From the NCBI GenBank assembly GCA_965603825.1, contig CBFDEM010000061.1, forward strand, positions 1 through 64,000: a DNA stretch of 64,000 bases, given 5' to 3'. How positions within the stretch are numbered: the stretch's first letter is position 1; every line of letters begins with the position of its first letter. The notes below the pieces were generated by a model that was not told where the DNA came from, made no database searches, and saw nothing but the letters and a program-made list of their open reading frames with translations. Positions 9,901 through 23,551 of this stretch are shown piece after piece. Both the position numbers and the translations under genes were made by a program. Origin of the DNA: Blepharisma stoltei ATCC 30299 (lineage: Eukaryota; Protista; Ciliophora).

Positions 9901-12900
9901 CTCAGCCTGCTTATCAGTCTGCAATCAAGGCTGTGTTAGTGACTTAACTTGTAGACTTTGTAGGGATAATGAGTGCTACTCATGCACTACATTTTCAGGG
10001 GAATGTACTAGTTGTATCACAAACGCTTATAAATTAGCAGGCCATTGTAAATGCCTTTCAAATGCAATATGGATCTCCAGTTCTCAGTCCTGCGAACTTT
10101 GCAGCTCTGCTTGCTCGACTTGTTCAGCTCTTGAATATACTGGCTGCCTTATTTGCATATCAGGTAATTATCTAATCCAGTCTTTATGCATAACCTTTTG
10201 TCCTACAGGCTATATCATAAATGGCAGCAAATGTGATAGTGATACGGATTTCACTAACTCCTTTGTTTTTAATTTAAAGCCTCATCAAATAAAAGATATT
10301 ATATTAGACTCAGAATCAAAAATCCCAGTTCTCACTGGCAAAGATAATAGTTTTTACCCAACTTATGATGTGACCGATCCGATTGCAGCTATATACAGAG
10401 GGTATTACTTTTCTGGTTCTGCTTATATGCAGCTGCCTCCTTATGCAGGCACAATTTCACCACTGCTGACTTTTGCCCCAAAATTTGTAATATCAACCTG
10501 AGTGATGCCAATTAGTGCGACAGGAGCCCTTTTTTGTAAGCAAACAGATAGTGGACTATTTACAAAATATATGAGCTTTGAATTGATCAACCAATTTCCA
10601 TCACTTACTTTAACTTTAAAAGATTCTTCTACAATCACTTATACAAGTTCTATTTCATCATTAAAAGTAGATCTTTCTCAGTGGAATTTTATTTCAGCAG
10701 TCTCTTCTATAAGTGCAACTCCTCAACAAATTATTATCCTAACTACAAATACATATACAGACACTTCAAGCAATTTGCGTGCAAGTTGGCTGAATGATTT
10801 ACAAAGTTCATTTTTCTTAACAATTGGGGCTTGCCACCTCGATTCTCTAGCTTTAAATTCATTTTATTTCGGATTTCTATGAGATCTAAAAGTCTATAAT
10901 GCTCCAATATCGAGCTCTTTGACTTTAAGCTCTTGCAATGGTTGCTCATTATGCCCGATTGATAATTCAAATGCTTGCCTTGATAGCTGCCTAATAAACA
11001 GTTTTTGGGATGGAAGCAGCTGCAGTCTTTGTTTGCCTGCATGCTTTAGTCACGGCTGCGTAAGAGGGGACAAAAATTGTAACCTTTGCCAAGATGTCAT
11101 ATGCGAAATATGCGATGACTATACAGGCACCTGCATGACCTGCAAAACAAATGCTGCCTTAGTCGGCTCAAATTGCCAATGCAATGAAGGATACTACTGA
11201 AACAGTAATAATGAGGAATGCGATCTATGCGATACTTCTTGCAAAACCTGCACATCATCTACATATTTAGACTGCTTAACGTGCGTTGATGGTCTTGATA
11301 TGGCATCACGGATTTGTATGGCCAGCTGCCCATTAGGGTATTCTAAATCTTCATCAGGATGTGTTTTAACCAAAGTAAAAATTTTTGATTTGGATTTGAA
11401 TACACTTGAAGGAGTCGTCTGTGATAAAGCAAGCTCGATCCCAGCAGTTACTGGATCAACAAAACAATTTTATCCCGATTATGAAGCTGATGATCCAATT
11501 CCTGCTTATCTAAGAGGGTTCTGATTTAATGGCCTGTCTTCAATATTAAGACTGCCTGAGTATTCAAGCTACACATCACCAAGACTGGTGATTTCATCTC
11601 CTTTCACAATTTCTATATGACTAAATACTGAAACGCCATCTGCTTCAATATTGTCAAAGCATATTATTTCTGATAATTATCAGTCTTTTTATTCAATCTC
11701 ATTAATTGATAGCAAGCCTGAAATTTCACTTACTATTGGCTCGTCTCAGTTTTTACATATTTCCCAAAGCTCGCTTAAATATTATGAATGGAGCCATGCT
11801 ATGTTTACATTTGAGACCTCTCAAAGTGGATATAATACACTATCAAGCTACCTCGATGGCTTATCCGATTCATCAACGACAACCGAATATGGCGCTTTTA
11901 TTGATATAGGGCCTCTCACTACAATAGTTATAGGAGCTCTAATGAGCTCATCGACTGCTTATAATTTCTATCAAGGATTTATTTATTCGATACAAATATT
12001 TAATACAATAGTTTCACTATCAAGCCTATCCTCTAAATCTTGCACTGATAGCTGCAGTGTTTGCCCTACAAGCCAGATATGCATCCCCAACTGTAGAATA
12101 TATGAGTATTGAAATGGTCCTAGCTATAATGTATGCAATTTGTGTAGCACAAGCTGCACGAGATCATGCAGAAATAAACAAAGCACGTGCTCACTTTGTG
12201 ATAATCTATTGTGTGATGCCTGCACAGATTATTCAGCTTCAGGATGTGGATCTTGTAAAGAAAATGCTATTAATCCTGAATCTTGCATATGTGGTGAAAA
12301 TTATGTGCTAGATACCTCTAGTAACAGTACTTGTATTCCGCTTCCGCCTGGTGGATTTAGAGGGACTGATGGAACATTTTACTCATGCCCAAATTTATGC
12401 ACAATTTGCCAATCGCTTACCAGCTGCACAGCTTGTGTAGAAAACGCCAGCTTAATAAATGGTCTCTGCTATTGCAATTTAGGATACAATGGAACCATAG
12501 CCTGCACTTTTATCCCTTTTTCAGCAAAACTCACTGTTTTGTCAGATAACTCTCTTTATCTGAACTTTTCAGATAGTCTTGCAAATAGTTTTGCTAAAAA
12601 TGACGTTACCATAACTATTGAAAAGCAAGGAGAAGTTTCTTTCAAAATTGAGCAGGTAAATAGCACTTGCTATTATATTACGCTCGTGATGAATGATAAA
12701 ATTTCTAAGGGTGCTTTGGTTGCACTTAAGTTATTGAATTTAACTCAGTTTAGATCAGTTTCAAACGGAATCTTGAGCTCTTCCGAACTGTCTGGATATT
12801 TAAATTATTATGATCCTACACCTTATTCACCATCTGTTGCAGCTGCTGCATCACAAGCTGCAACTGGGGTCCAGGCCTCGATTTCTATTGCTGCTATCCT

Positions 12901-13978
12901 ATCTTTTATTAATCCAAGTCCAAGTTCTCTCTGAAGCATTATGAACTATCTGCAAATTCTTAGCTACTTAACATTATCAGGTATCCCAATATCTACTAAA
13001 ATGAGTACATTCTTAAATAATTTGAACTCTTTTAACTTATTCCCGAACATTTTCCCCTATTTCATAGATGAAAACGAGGGGAATACTCCTTATTATAAAG
13101 CTGAGGATTTTGGATATAACTCTGACTTGATACTGATAACTACGGGAAGCGATTTTACACTCATATTGTTTTCACTCTCAGCTTTACCTGCAGCTTTTTT
13201 CTTTTCGCGCTGCTCTCACAGGTGGATAGGCAAGAAATTCATGAAAGCTTTAAAAAATTACCGATTTTCATTCTATTTAAGATTTTGAATTCAATGCTAT
13301 CTTGAATTGGGAGCTGCTGCAAGTATTGGAATTGTGACACTCGGCTTTAGCAATTTAACTCAAATGATCAATATTATTCTTTGTATATTTATTTATATAT
13401 TGCTATCAATTACTCCGCCTTGGCTTCTTTGGTTTTCTTATAAAAGTAAGAATAGGATCCAATCACGCGAAAAAAGCTTTATTGCCTTATTTGATTCGCT
13501 CTTTTATGAATTCAGAACTGATGGAGAATTTCTTGCAACGCAGTATTACTTTTTATTCTTCTCGCGGAGGCTTATCTATATAGTAAACTTGGTATACTTG
13601 AGGGAGTTTCCACAGACTGAAGTGACTATTAACATCGTTCTCTCCTTAATGACAATCATGTATTTGTGGTTTTTCTGGCCATATGAAGATCCGATTTTGC
13701 AAGTATCTAATTTATTGACTGAAATCTTAATTTTCTTAGTTATGGGTGCAACATCGGTTTATTTATTCAATTTTGAGCAAAAAATTGTTTCAGCAATTGA
13801 GACTAGCATTGTTGCAATTGTCATAGCTATTATCGCAGTTCAATCGATTGTTTCAATAGTTATTTTTATCAGGACTCTCTTTGAGTTTGCTAAGCAAAAA
13901 CTCTCAACGAAAGAAAATATAAATAATATAAGGCCTCCTTGAATACACTTCAAAAAGCCCAATCATAGCCAAGAATAA
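6998..13978 (+). CDS. Giant membrane protein A, 2326 aa: signal peptide, 5 LamG-like/Cys-rich modules, ~8-TM TRP-like C-terminus
   Basis: All sub-ORFs (6998, 8057, 8867, 9389, 9587, 10502, 10919, 11300, 11651, 12140, 12941, 13307) share one frame and end in TGA; the true stop is TAA 13976-13978. The module motif (D)P.P...RG.[YW]F occurs at ~7380, 8330, 9345, 10400 and 11515. TM region: SLWSIMNYLQILSYL...FYEFR...RRLIY...WPYED. Confidence 0.92.
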
Positions 13979-14587
13979 TTAAATAAAATTATTTTAAAAT
14001 ATATATTTGTCTTAAAATATATAATTAGAATATTATAACTTTATATTTTAAATCGACAACAAAAATAAGACCTAATTTTTGTTGCATATTAAAAAATTCA
14101 CTTTAGAACATTAATATAAAAGCTTATATATTGGCTGAATTTGCACTAATTTGGCATTATAGTTGAAGCTTATGTATTTTTACGTTAAAAAACAATATGA
14201 ATTAGCAATAATTCATATTATTAAAGAACTAATGAGCATTTAAACATATAATAAGATTATTATGCAGTCGAAAATATAATTTTTCAATAACCCATTTTTC
14301 AAATTTGCTTTAATAATAAAGATTATTGGCTGTCTAAGAATCTAAATAAAATCTTATAGCTAAAAATAATGAAATTTTGTTAATATTTCATTAGAAAATA
14401 GTCTAATATTATTCTTTATGAACTAATTTCTGAAAAACACAAATGATTGCTATAATTTCTTTTTGTTTAAAACTAACTGCTCATTCTCATCCTCAGCACT
14501 TGAATTTCTAAAATCAGCTGAGAAAATTTTAAATTTCTGTTTTACTTTAGATCATAACTGCTGCCTCGTCTTACTTCTTAAATAAAA

Positions 14588-17500
14588 ATGATGCTATTTT
14601 TGACTTTATTCAACAGGTTCCTGGTGAGCCTTGCCACATGCCCAATAAATAGCTCGACATGCACTGTTTCATCAACTTCATACATAACATGTGACTCTAG
14701 TCGGTTTTTGGTTGACAGCAAAATATGTGCTGATTCTTGTCCTTCTCTTTTTACTACAAGTACAAATTTATGCACTTCAACGAGCACAAACTGCGATGTG
14801 CCAACGACAGCAAATGCCGTTGTTTTTAGACTTCTATTTTCAACGGTCACAGATCTAACTCTTTCATCTATCGCGAGCGATGTTGATAATACCGAACTTT
14901 TCCAAAACCCTGGCGGAGTCTCATACAATTCTCAGACACAAAATTCTCCTCTTCCAACAGTAGACCGCGGCTTTTATTTTGCAACAACATCAAGCATTAC
15001 CAGCAGCAAAAGCCATATTCCAGGGCCTTATTTTATATTGAATACTTGAATTAAGCCTCAGAGCGGTGGGGCTGGACAATTTTTCGTTGTTTCTTATAAT
15101 TCAAAGAATTATATACGTTGCTATTATGATACTGAACTGATGAAAATAGACATCATTGCGCAGAGCTCTACTGGGAGTGGTGAGACAACAAAAACAATAC
15201 AAAGCGCTGTCCAGGCATCACATTGATGACAGCAATTAAGCATTCAGTTTGCCCAAAGCGATTGCAGCACTCTAGGTGTCACTTTTTGATTCAACGCTGC
15301 ATTTGTTGCAGTAGCTCCATTCAGTAGCGTAGAAGCAAGCTTTCCTAATAGCAATTCTTATACGTGAACAATTGGGAAAGGAGGAGGAAACAACTCATTT
15401 AATGGATTCATTTGGTTTATTGAAGTCAGATATGATGGGACTAAGAATTATGGAGCCAGCTTTACACCTAATGCTAGAGAGTGCTTTGTTAACGCATATT
15501 GAAATGGCTCATCATGCATAAGTTGCCCTACTAATTGCTCAGGGTGACCTTGGTGCACTAGTGCAACTAGTTGCGCTGGATGTGGTATTGCAGATTGCGG
15601 CACTTGCCCAGCTTATGGGTCATCTACATGTACAAGCTGTATTACAGGTGTTTTACCGAACTGCTGTGACATCTTGGCGACTACTTGTACTCAGACGTGG
15701 TCAAATACTGCTTGCCAAACAGGAAAAGTTCTGGTTCAAGGGGTCTGCTTGTATGCATGCCCATATGGCTTTGGAAACTGTGCATCAGTCAGCTCCGCTG
15801 TAATAACTGCTGATTTTCTGACTTCTTTTGCTGGCAGCTATGGGACAGCTTTAATAACGGGAGCAAGCGCTTCAAGTTATTACTTCTGAAACTCTCCAGA
15901 AGGAGCAGATCCGATTCCTGCGAAATATCGAGGTCTTTACTTTAACGGTAGTGCATATCTCTCTGGGTTAATAAATTTATCACACACGTGAAGTATGGCA
16001 TTTTGAGTTTACGCTATGAGTGGAACAATAATTGGCCACAGCACAGGCCAACTTTCACTTTCTTCTAGTGGAACGCTTTCATTTGACTTACAAAAATGAG
16101 ACGCAACATATGCTAGTTATACTGCCTCGCATTCAATTCCTGCAGGCACTTGGAAATATGTCTCATATTCTGTGGGGTTTGCAAGCAAAACCTCAACTAT
16201 TACCCCATATTTAAACAATGCAGCCGGTACGGCAACTACAGCCACAAATTATGTGTTCAGGCTTCCAGCTGGAGAAACTCTCTATATAGGTAAAAGCGGA
16301 AGCACTTATTTTAATGGGTTTATTAGCTATTTTCAGTTATGAGGAGTTACAATTACAGGATTTAGCTCAGGCTACAATTATTATGGATTTTCTGGAGGAG
16401 TTGTAAGCTCTTTATGGCCGTGCGCTTTTAATCAATACTATGATGGATCTGCCTGCCAACCCTGCTTGGGCACATGCACAAATGGCTGTGCTCGAGCGAA
16501 CTCATGCAATATATGTGTAAATGATTTATGCACCAAATGTAATAATTATTCATCAGGGACTTGCTATGAATGTGTAACCCATGCCTCAGGGGTTACATGT
16601 GCATGCGATTCTGGATATTATCAGCCTTCAGGTTTAGCTCAGTGTGACATTTCAGTTTGCTACAGCACTTGCTCTACATGCCTAGCGTCATCGTCTGCCT
16701 ATTATCAATGCACAGCATGCCAAACTAACTACTATTTGTTTTTAAGTTCTATGTGCATTTCAAGCTGCCCTTCAGGTTATACAACTGAAACAAGTTCTTG
16801 CACTTTTTCTTCATCCATTAGTCTTAGCTTGTCGTTTTATGATCAGATTCTCCTGAACTCAGTCTCAGGGGTACAAGTCGGTTCATCAAGCTCAAATACT
16901 TATCCTTCCTATGACGGTAATGACCCATATCCAGCTTATCTTAGAGGGTATTATTTTTCTGGAACAAATTACTTATCAACCAGCACTGTGATAGGCCCAT
17001 ATTTCACAATTTCTATATGGATATTTCCAACTGCATATGGCATTATTGCCACAAAAGTAGTTTCTGGGTGTGAAATATTTTGCCTTGAAATTTTAAGCGG
17101 CACTGGATATCCCAAACTGTCTGTAGTTTGGGCTGACTCTAGCACCTTTTCTGTCACCTTATCCTCCAATGTAATAACTAACAGCTGAAATTTTATTGTT
17201 TTTACAGGGAAGCAAGATTCAACCTATGCAACTGCCATTAATTCATATTTAAATTCGGCAACTAAAGATTCAGGTCTCTCTTCTGGACTTACTTTTTTTC
17301 AGGACAACAGTTCTGGGACCCTTTATATAGGAACAATGGAAACCTTTACTGGCGGTTTTACAGGTTTTTTATATAATATAAACATTTTTAACCAAGGAAA
17401 TTTACAGCTGAACGACTATACAACTTCAAGCTGCACTTTGCCATGCACAAGCTGCCCTAGTGATCATGGCTGTCCTAATACATGTGCATTTTCTAAGTAT

Positions 17501-20500
17501 TATAATGGGTCAAATTGCATTGATTGTGTTTCCTGTCCTAAGGGATGCAGATATACTGACACGTGTGGACTGTGCAAGACAAAGCAATGCTATTCATGCA
17601 CCACTTTTACTGGTACCTGCTCAAGCTGTATAACAAATGCAGAAAGTGATGGGTCTGGAGGCTGCCAATGCGAGGCAAATGCTTTTTGGCAGTCTACCAC
17701 TGCCACTTGTGATTTTTGTGATGCGCTTTGTGCTATATGCAAACAAACCACCTATTTTGAGTGTAATACATGTGCAGCAGGGAAACAGATGGTAGGGATC
17801 ATCTGCTTAAATGACTGTCCTTATGGATATGGGACTTCATGCTCCTCAGTCACAACTGCTGTTATTGACCAATCCTTTGATACTGATTTTCAAGGGTCTT
17901 ATGGGATTTTTACAACAGGGACTTCCTCAAGCACTTACCAGCCATTTGTAACTCCAGAAACTATAGACCCTGTTCCTGCATATAAAAGAGGCCTCTATTT
18001 TGATGGAAGCATGTACTTGTTGTCTTCCACTTCTGTTTACCTTTCTCACAGTTTCTATATGGGATTATGAATTTATGTAATTACATATGGAGATTTATTA
18101 CAAAAACAAACAAGACTAACAGTTTCGTCAGCAGGCACAATTACAGCAATAGTAGAATCCACTGCTCAAGTGGCTTCTACACAAACCTTAACTCCAAGTT
18201 CTACGTTTACAGGCTGGGCTTATGTTTCCTTTTGTGTATGATACTCCTCAAACGCCACTCCTATCTCTCTATATATAAATGGAGCTGCAGCTGGGTCAAT
18301 TACTATTAGTGGAAATATCTTCAGAGACCAAGCATCAACGAGCCTGCAATTAGGTAAAAGCAGTTCTTCTACTGGGTTCGTTGGGTTTATCTACTATTTC
18401 CACTTATATAATACCCAGATTACAAATTTCGCTTCTCTTTATAGTGGCTTTACATTCTGTGGGTCTGGGACATCTTGCTTATGATCGTGTGATATATCTA
18501 CCTACAAAAATAGTGGCTCTTACTTAGCTTGTAGTACCTGCAGTAAAGGCTGCGTCAGAGCTAATACTTGTAACGTCTGTAACGATGTATTATGCTCAGT
18601 CTGCACTGGCTTCGACTCAGGGAAATGCACAACTTGCGTGACTAATGCATCAAAAAATCCGACTAATTGTGTCTGCAACTCTGGATATCGAACTTCAAAT
18701 GACGGATTTTCTTGTGTAGCTTGCTCTTCAGGATGCAATACCTGCACAGGAGATGGATATTATCAATGCACGAGCTGCACCAGTGGCAAATACTTTCTTA
18801 ATATCCAGTGTCTTTCTGAATGCCCATCAGGATACACACAAAATTCCTCCACAAAGAATTGTGACCTTACAACTGCCTCATTTCCTTTTTCTTTTTCTAA
18901 TATAATCCTACTTGGAAGTGTTTCTGGTAGTGACGTAGGGTCATTAGCCACAAATGCATATCCTACTTATGATTCAAATGACCCATATCCAGCCTATTTG
19001 CGAGGGTATTATTTCAATCCTACTAGCTATATGAAAGCCAGCTTTATGTTTGCCCCTAACTTTTCTATCTCTATATGGATAAAAGCGGAAGCAGAGGGTT
19101 ATGTTCTAGCAAAATACAGAGGAGGGTCAGTGAAAGGTAGTGTGTCAATAAAGTCAACTGGAGAGCCTACTATAAGCTTTCCTTTATCAGACTCATCGAG
19201 CACTATTACCCTGGATGGCGCTTCAAGCGTCCTTAACTCTTGATATTATGTATCGTTCAACTGGAAAATCAATGCTGATGGCACAACAACTGTGAGCTCT
19301 TATATCAATGGAGGTTCTCTTCTGTCTGCTTCTAGCGCTACACCGCTTTATCTTCAAGATAGCAGCTCTGGGAGTTTTTATATGGGATATTCAAGTGCAG
19401 GGTTTAAAGGGTTCTTGTGGAAAACTACTATTTACCCCCAAGAGGGGCATGCATCCGATGACTTGCTTATAGGAGGATGCTCAGGCACCTGTGCGAGGTG
19501 CCCAGTAGATTTGAGTTGTCCAGATGATTGCCCAATGACTCAATTCTATAGCGGCTCAGGCTGCACAACTTGCAAAGGGAATAATTGCCCTAAAGGCTGT
19601 AGAAATACTGATACTTGTCGAATCTGCAAGACCAGAGAGTGCGCTACATGCACATCATTTACAGGAGGAAATTCTTGCTTGACTTGCATTACAAACGCTG
19701 TGAGTGATGGCTCTGGAGGCTGCACCTGCGCTTTTAATGCTTTTTGGGTTTCTTCGTCAGAAACTTGCGAAATTTGCGATTTAGCTTGCTCGACATGCTT
19801 AAAAACGACTTATTTTGAATGCTCTACATGCTTAGTAAGCTATCAATTAGTAGGGACTGTGTGTTTGAATAGTTGTCCTTATGGCACTTCTTGTTCATCA
19901 GTAACAACCCCTGTTATAAATCTATCTTTTGACGCGGATTTTCAAGGCTCATATGGAATCTTTGCAACAGGAACAAATTCGGCAACTTATCAATTTTTTT
20001 ACAGTCCTGAGTCAGTTGACCCTATTCCAGCCTATAAGCGAGGGCTATACTTTAATGGGAACATGTATTTATTATCATCAGCCACCGTACTGCTTTCGCA
20101 TAGTTTTTCTATAGGAGCATGAATTTATGTAAAAACTGATGGCAATTTATTAGAAAAGCCCAGTCGATTTATATTATCTTCAACAGGGAGCATTTCAGCT
20201 ACCATGACTGACCCTTCTCAAGCAACATCCCCTCAATCCTTGTCTTCAGGCACCACACTGACTAACTGAAACTACTTATCAGTCACTTTTAGCTATACTT
20301 CAGATATTACAACATTGACAATTTATGTTAATGGCGGATCAGTTGCAACTTTACCAATTACCAACTATATTTTACGTGATCTTAGCTCGACTTACTTAAT
20401 GATTGGGAAAAGCAGCAGTTCTTCTGGCTTTGTAGGCTTCATTAATAGCTTTCAATTATGAAATTCACCTATCAGCTCTTTTACAGCCTATATAAACGCT

Positions 20501-23500
20501 CCGTGTGGCTCAGGGCATGCTTGTTTATGGTCTTGCGATTTGACGAGCTACTATGGTGGAGCAATATGCACTTCTTGTAATTCATGCAGCAGCGGGTGTG
20601 TAAATGGTAATTCATGTCATATCTGCGATGATATTTTGTGTTCAGTCTGCACAGGATTCAGCTCAGGAAAGTGCACTCAATGTGTATCAAATGCTTCTCT
20701 AAGCCCAACCACCTGTGTTTGTAATGAAGGATACAGAACGTCAGATGATGGTTTTTCCTGTGTAGCTTGCCCTGCAGGATGCTCTCACTGTTATAAAGAT
20801 GTGGCCTCTGATAAATGCTCTTCATGTCTTTCAGACTATATTTATTCCTCTTCTACTCAGCTTTGCACATTTGGGTGTCCAATAGGATATTCCAAGGTCA
20901 ATGGTCAGTGTGTATTGATAACGACCTTAATTTTTGATTTAAATTTGAATACTCTTGAAGGAGTCATTTATGACGCTGCAAGCTTGGTGCCTGTGGTCAC
21001 TGGGTCAACCGAACAGTTTTATCCTGACTATGAAGTTGATGATCCAATCCCTGCATACTTAAGAGGTTTCTGGTTTAATGGCCAGACCTCTATTTTAAGA
21101 CTTCCAGATTATGGAGCTTATACAAGCCCCAAAATAACTCTAATACCGTATTTTACTATCTCAGTATGGCTGAACACCGAAACTCAAAATGCAGCTATTT
21201 TGTCTAAAAATGATGCCAGCAACAGCTATTCAATAGTTTACTCCATAAATTTAATGAGTGGGCAGCCTGTATTTACATTATTCATCAATTCATCTCAATT
21301 TCTCTATATTTCACAGAAATCTCTGTCTTATTATGAGTGAAGCCATTTATCAATTACAGCAAATGTTGACGGTAACGGAAATACTATAATAACTTGCTAT
21401 ATAAATGGAATCAAAGACTCAGATGCGACGGTATCAGGCAGCTCTTTTCAAGATATCACCACATCCACAGTAATGGCAATTGCTGCACAGACAGGGAATG
21501 GCAATACTATATATAATTATTTTAAAGGATTTATTTATCAGGTGCAGATATATAAGGGTATAAAATCTATATTAAGCTTATCTACAACCTCCTGCACTGA
21601 AAGCTGTAGTGTTTGCCCAATAACCCAAATTTGCATCCCCAACTGTAAAATAACTCAATATTGAAGCGGCCCAGGCTACAATGTCTGCTATCAGTGCAAT
21701 GTAAAATGCACAGAAAGCTGCAGAAACTGGCGGTCTACTTGCTCCCTTTGCAGCAATTTGCTATGTGATACTTGCACTGATTATTCTTCAACTGGGTGTA
21801 CAGCTTGCAAAGAAAATGCTATTAATACTGATTCATGCATTTGTGGGGAAAATTATGTGCTGGATTATTCCAATAACAGCACTTGTGTCCCTCTTACTCC
21901 TGGAGGCTTCCGAGGATCTGATGGGCTATTTTATTCATGCCCAAACTACTGCACATATTGTGAATCTCTGTCAAAATGCACTGCTTGTGTAGAGCATGCA
22001 AGCTTGAAAAACGATTTATGCTACTGCAATTTAGGCTATAACGGGGCCAGTTCTTGCGCATTAGTTTCTTTTTCGGCAAGACTTTACGTTTTCGACGACA
22101 ATTCTTTAGATCTCCTATTTTCAGATGCCCTGGCTAATATTTTAACAGAGAACGATTTTACAATAAAAATTGAGAACAAAACAGATGCGACCTGAAAACT
22201 TGAAAAATTAAATGATACCAGCTATTATATTTCTTTAAGCATTGACAAAGTGATTTCGAAAGGCTCTGAAGTCACTTTAACGTTTTTTAATCTTACAGAT
22301 ATTATTTCTGTGTCAGGCGGAATTTTAAATTCAAGTTCTTTGTCTTCAGAGCTCTACGCATATGACCCAGCTCCATATACTGCTGAAATTTCAGCAATCG
22401 CCTCTCAAACAAAGGCAGCTGTCCAAGTAGGTGTAGCGTTAGCGGCTGCTTTGTCTGTAGTAAACCCTACTCCAAGCTCGTTATGAAGTATGATGAATGC
22501 ATTGCAAATTTTAAGCTATTTAACCTTATCAGGAATTCCTTTATCAAGCAAAATGATAGCATTTCTGAACAGTCTTAATTCGTATAACTTATTTCCAAAT
22601 GCTTTTGAGTTCGTGATAGACAAAAATGAAGGAAATACTCCCTATTCTCAAGCTCAAGATTTTGGATTTGATACTGATCTCATCTTGCTTAATGCAGGAA
22701 ATGACTTTACGATCTTATTGGCTTCTCTAGCAGTTTTTCCAGCTGTTTTTGTTTTTTCTCGATGCTCGTATAGATGGTTTGGGAATAAATTCATGAAGAC
22801 ATTGAGGAATTATCAATACGCGTTCTACTTAAGATTTTGGATCCAGTCATATCTCGAGCTAGGAGCTTCTGCAATCATTGGCCTTTTAACCTCAAGATGA
22901 AGCAACTCGACACAAATTACAAATTTCGGTACCTGCAGCATCGTCTATTTATTGTTGGCTGTCTCTCCTCCTTTGTTTTTTTATTTTTCTTACAAGAACA
23001 AGCACAAAATCCAGTCCCAGAACAAAGAATTTACTTCTTTATTCAGTTCTTTTTTCTATGAGTTCAGAACTGATAAAGGCCTGCTTGGGACGCAGTATTA
23101 CTTTGTCTTTTTTACAAGACGACTCATATATATCACAAATTTGATTTATTTATATAATTATCCGCAAACCCAAGTGACTATAAATGTCGTTATTTCTTTA
23201 ATTACTGTGATGTATCTTAGTTTTTATTGGCCTTATGAGGACAAAATTCTACAAGTTTCAAATTTAATAACAGAGATGATGATCGGCTTGATCATGGGAG
23301 GAATTTCTATTTATCTTTTTGAGGTAGATAACAGCACTGTTACTGACGTCGAAAGTGCAATTATTGTGGCTGTTGTTTTTACTATGGCAGTCCAAGCCTC
23401 CTCCTCAGTCGCAATTTTCGCTAGGACACTTTACGAAATAATCCGCAAGAAACTCACGAAAAACGGAATGCTGAAAGCCACTGTAAAACCTTTTACAAAA

Positions 23501-23524
23501 AAGATGAAAAAGGCCCATCTTTAA
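14588..23524 (+). CDS. Giant membrane protein B, 2978 aa: 7 LamG-like/Cys-rich modules plus ~8-TM domain
   Basis: Sub-ORFs from ATG 14588 to TAA 23524 share one frame with TGA read as Trp. Module motifs at ~14965, 15930, 16945, 17985, 19000, 20040 and 21060. Confidence 0.92.
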
Positions 23525-23551
23525 GTCAATTTTTTACCAAAAATTAATTAT

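Noticed and set aside
12780-12940. Adhesion-GPCR GPS cleavage site before the TM domain
   Set aside because: There is no C-x-C-x-H-L-[TS] motif, and the TM pattern is not GPCR-like.
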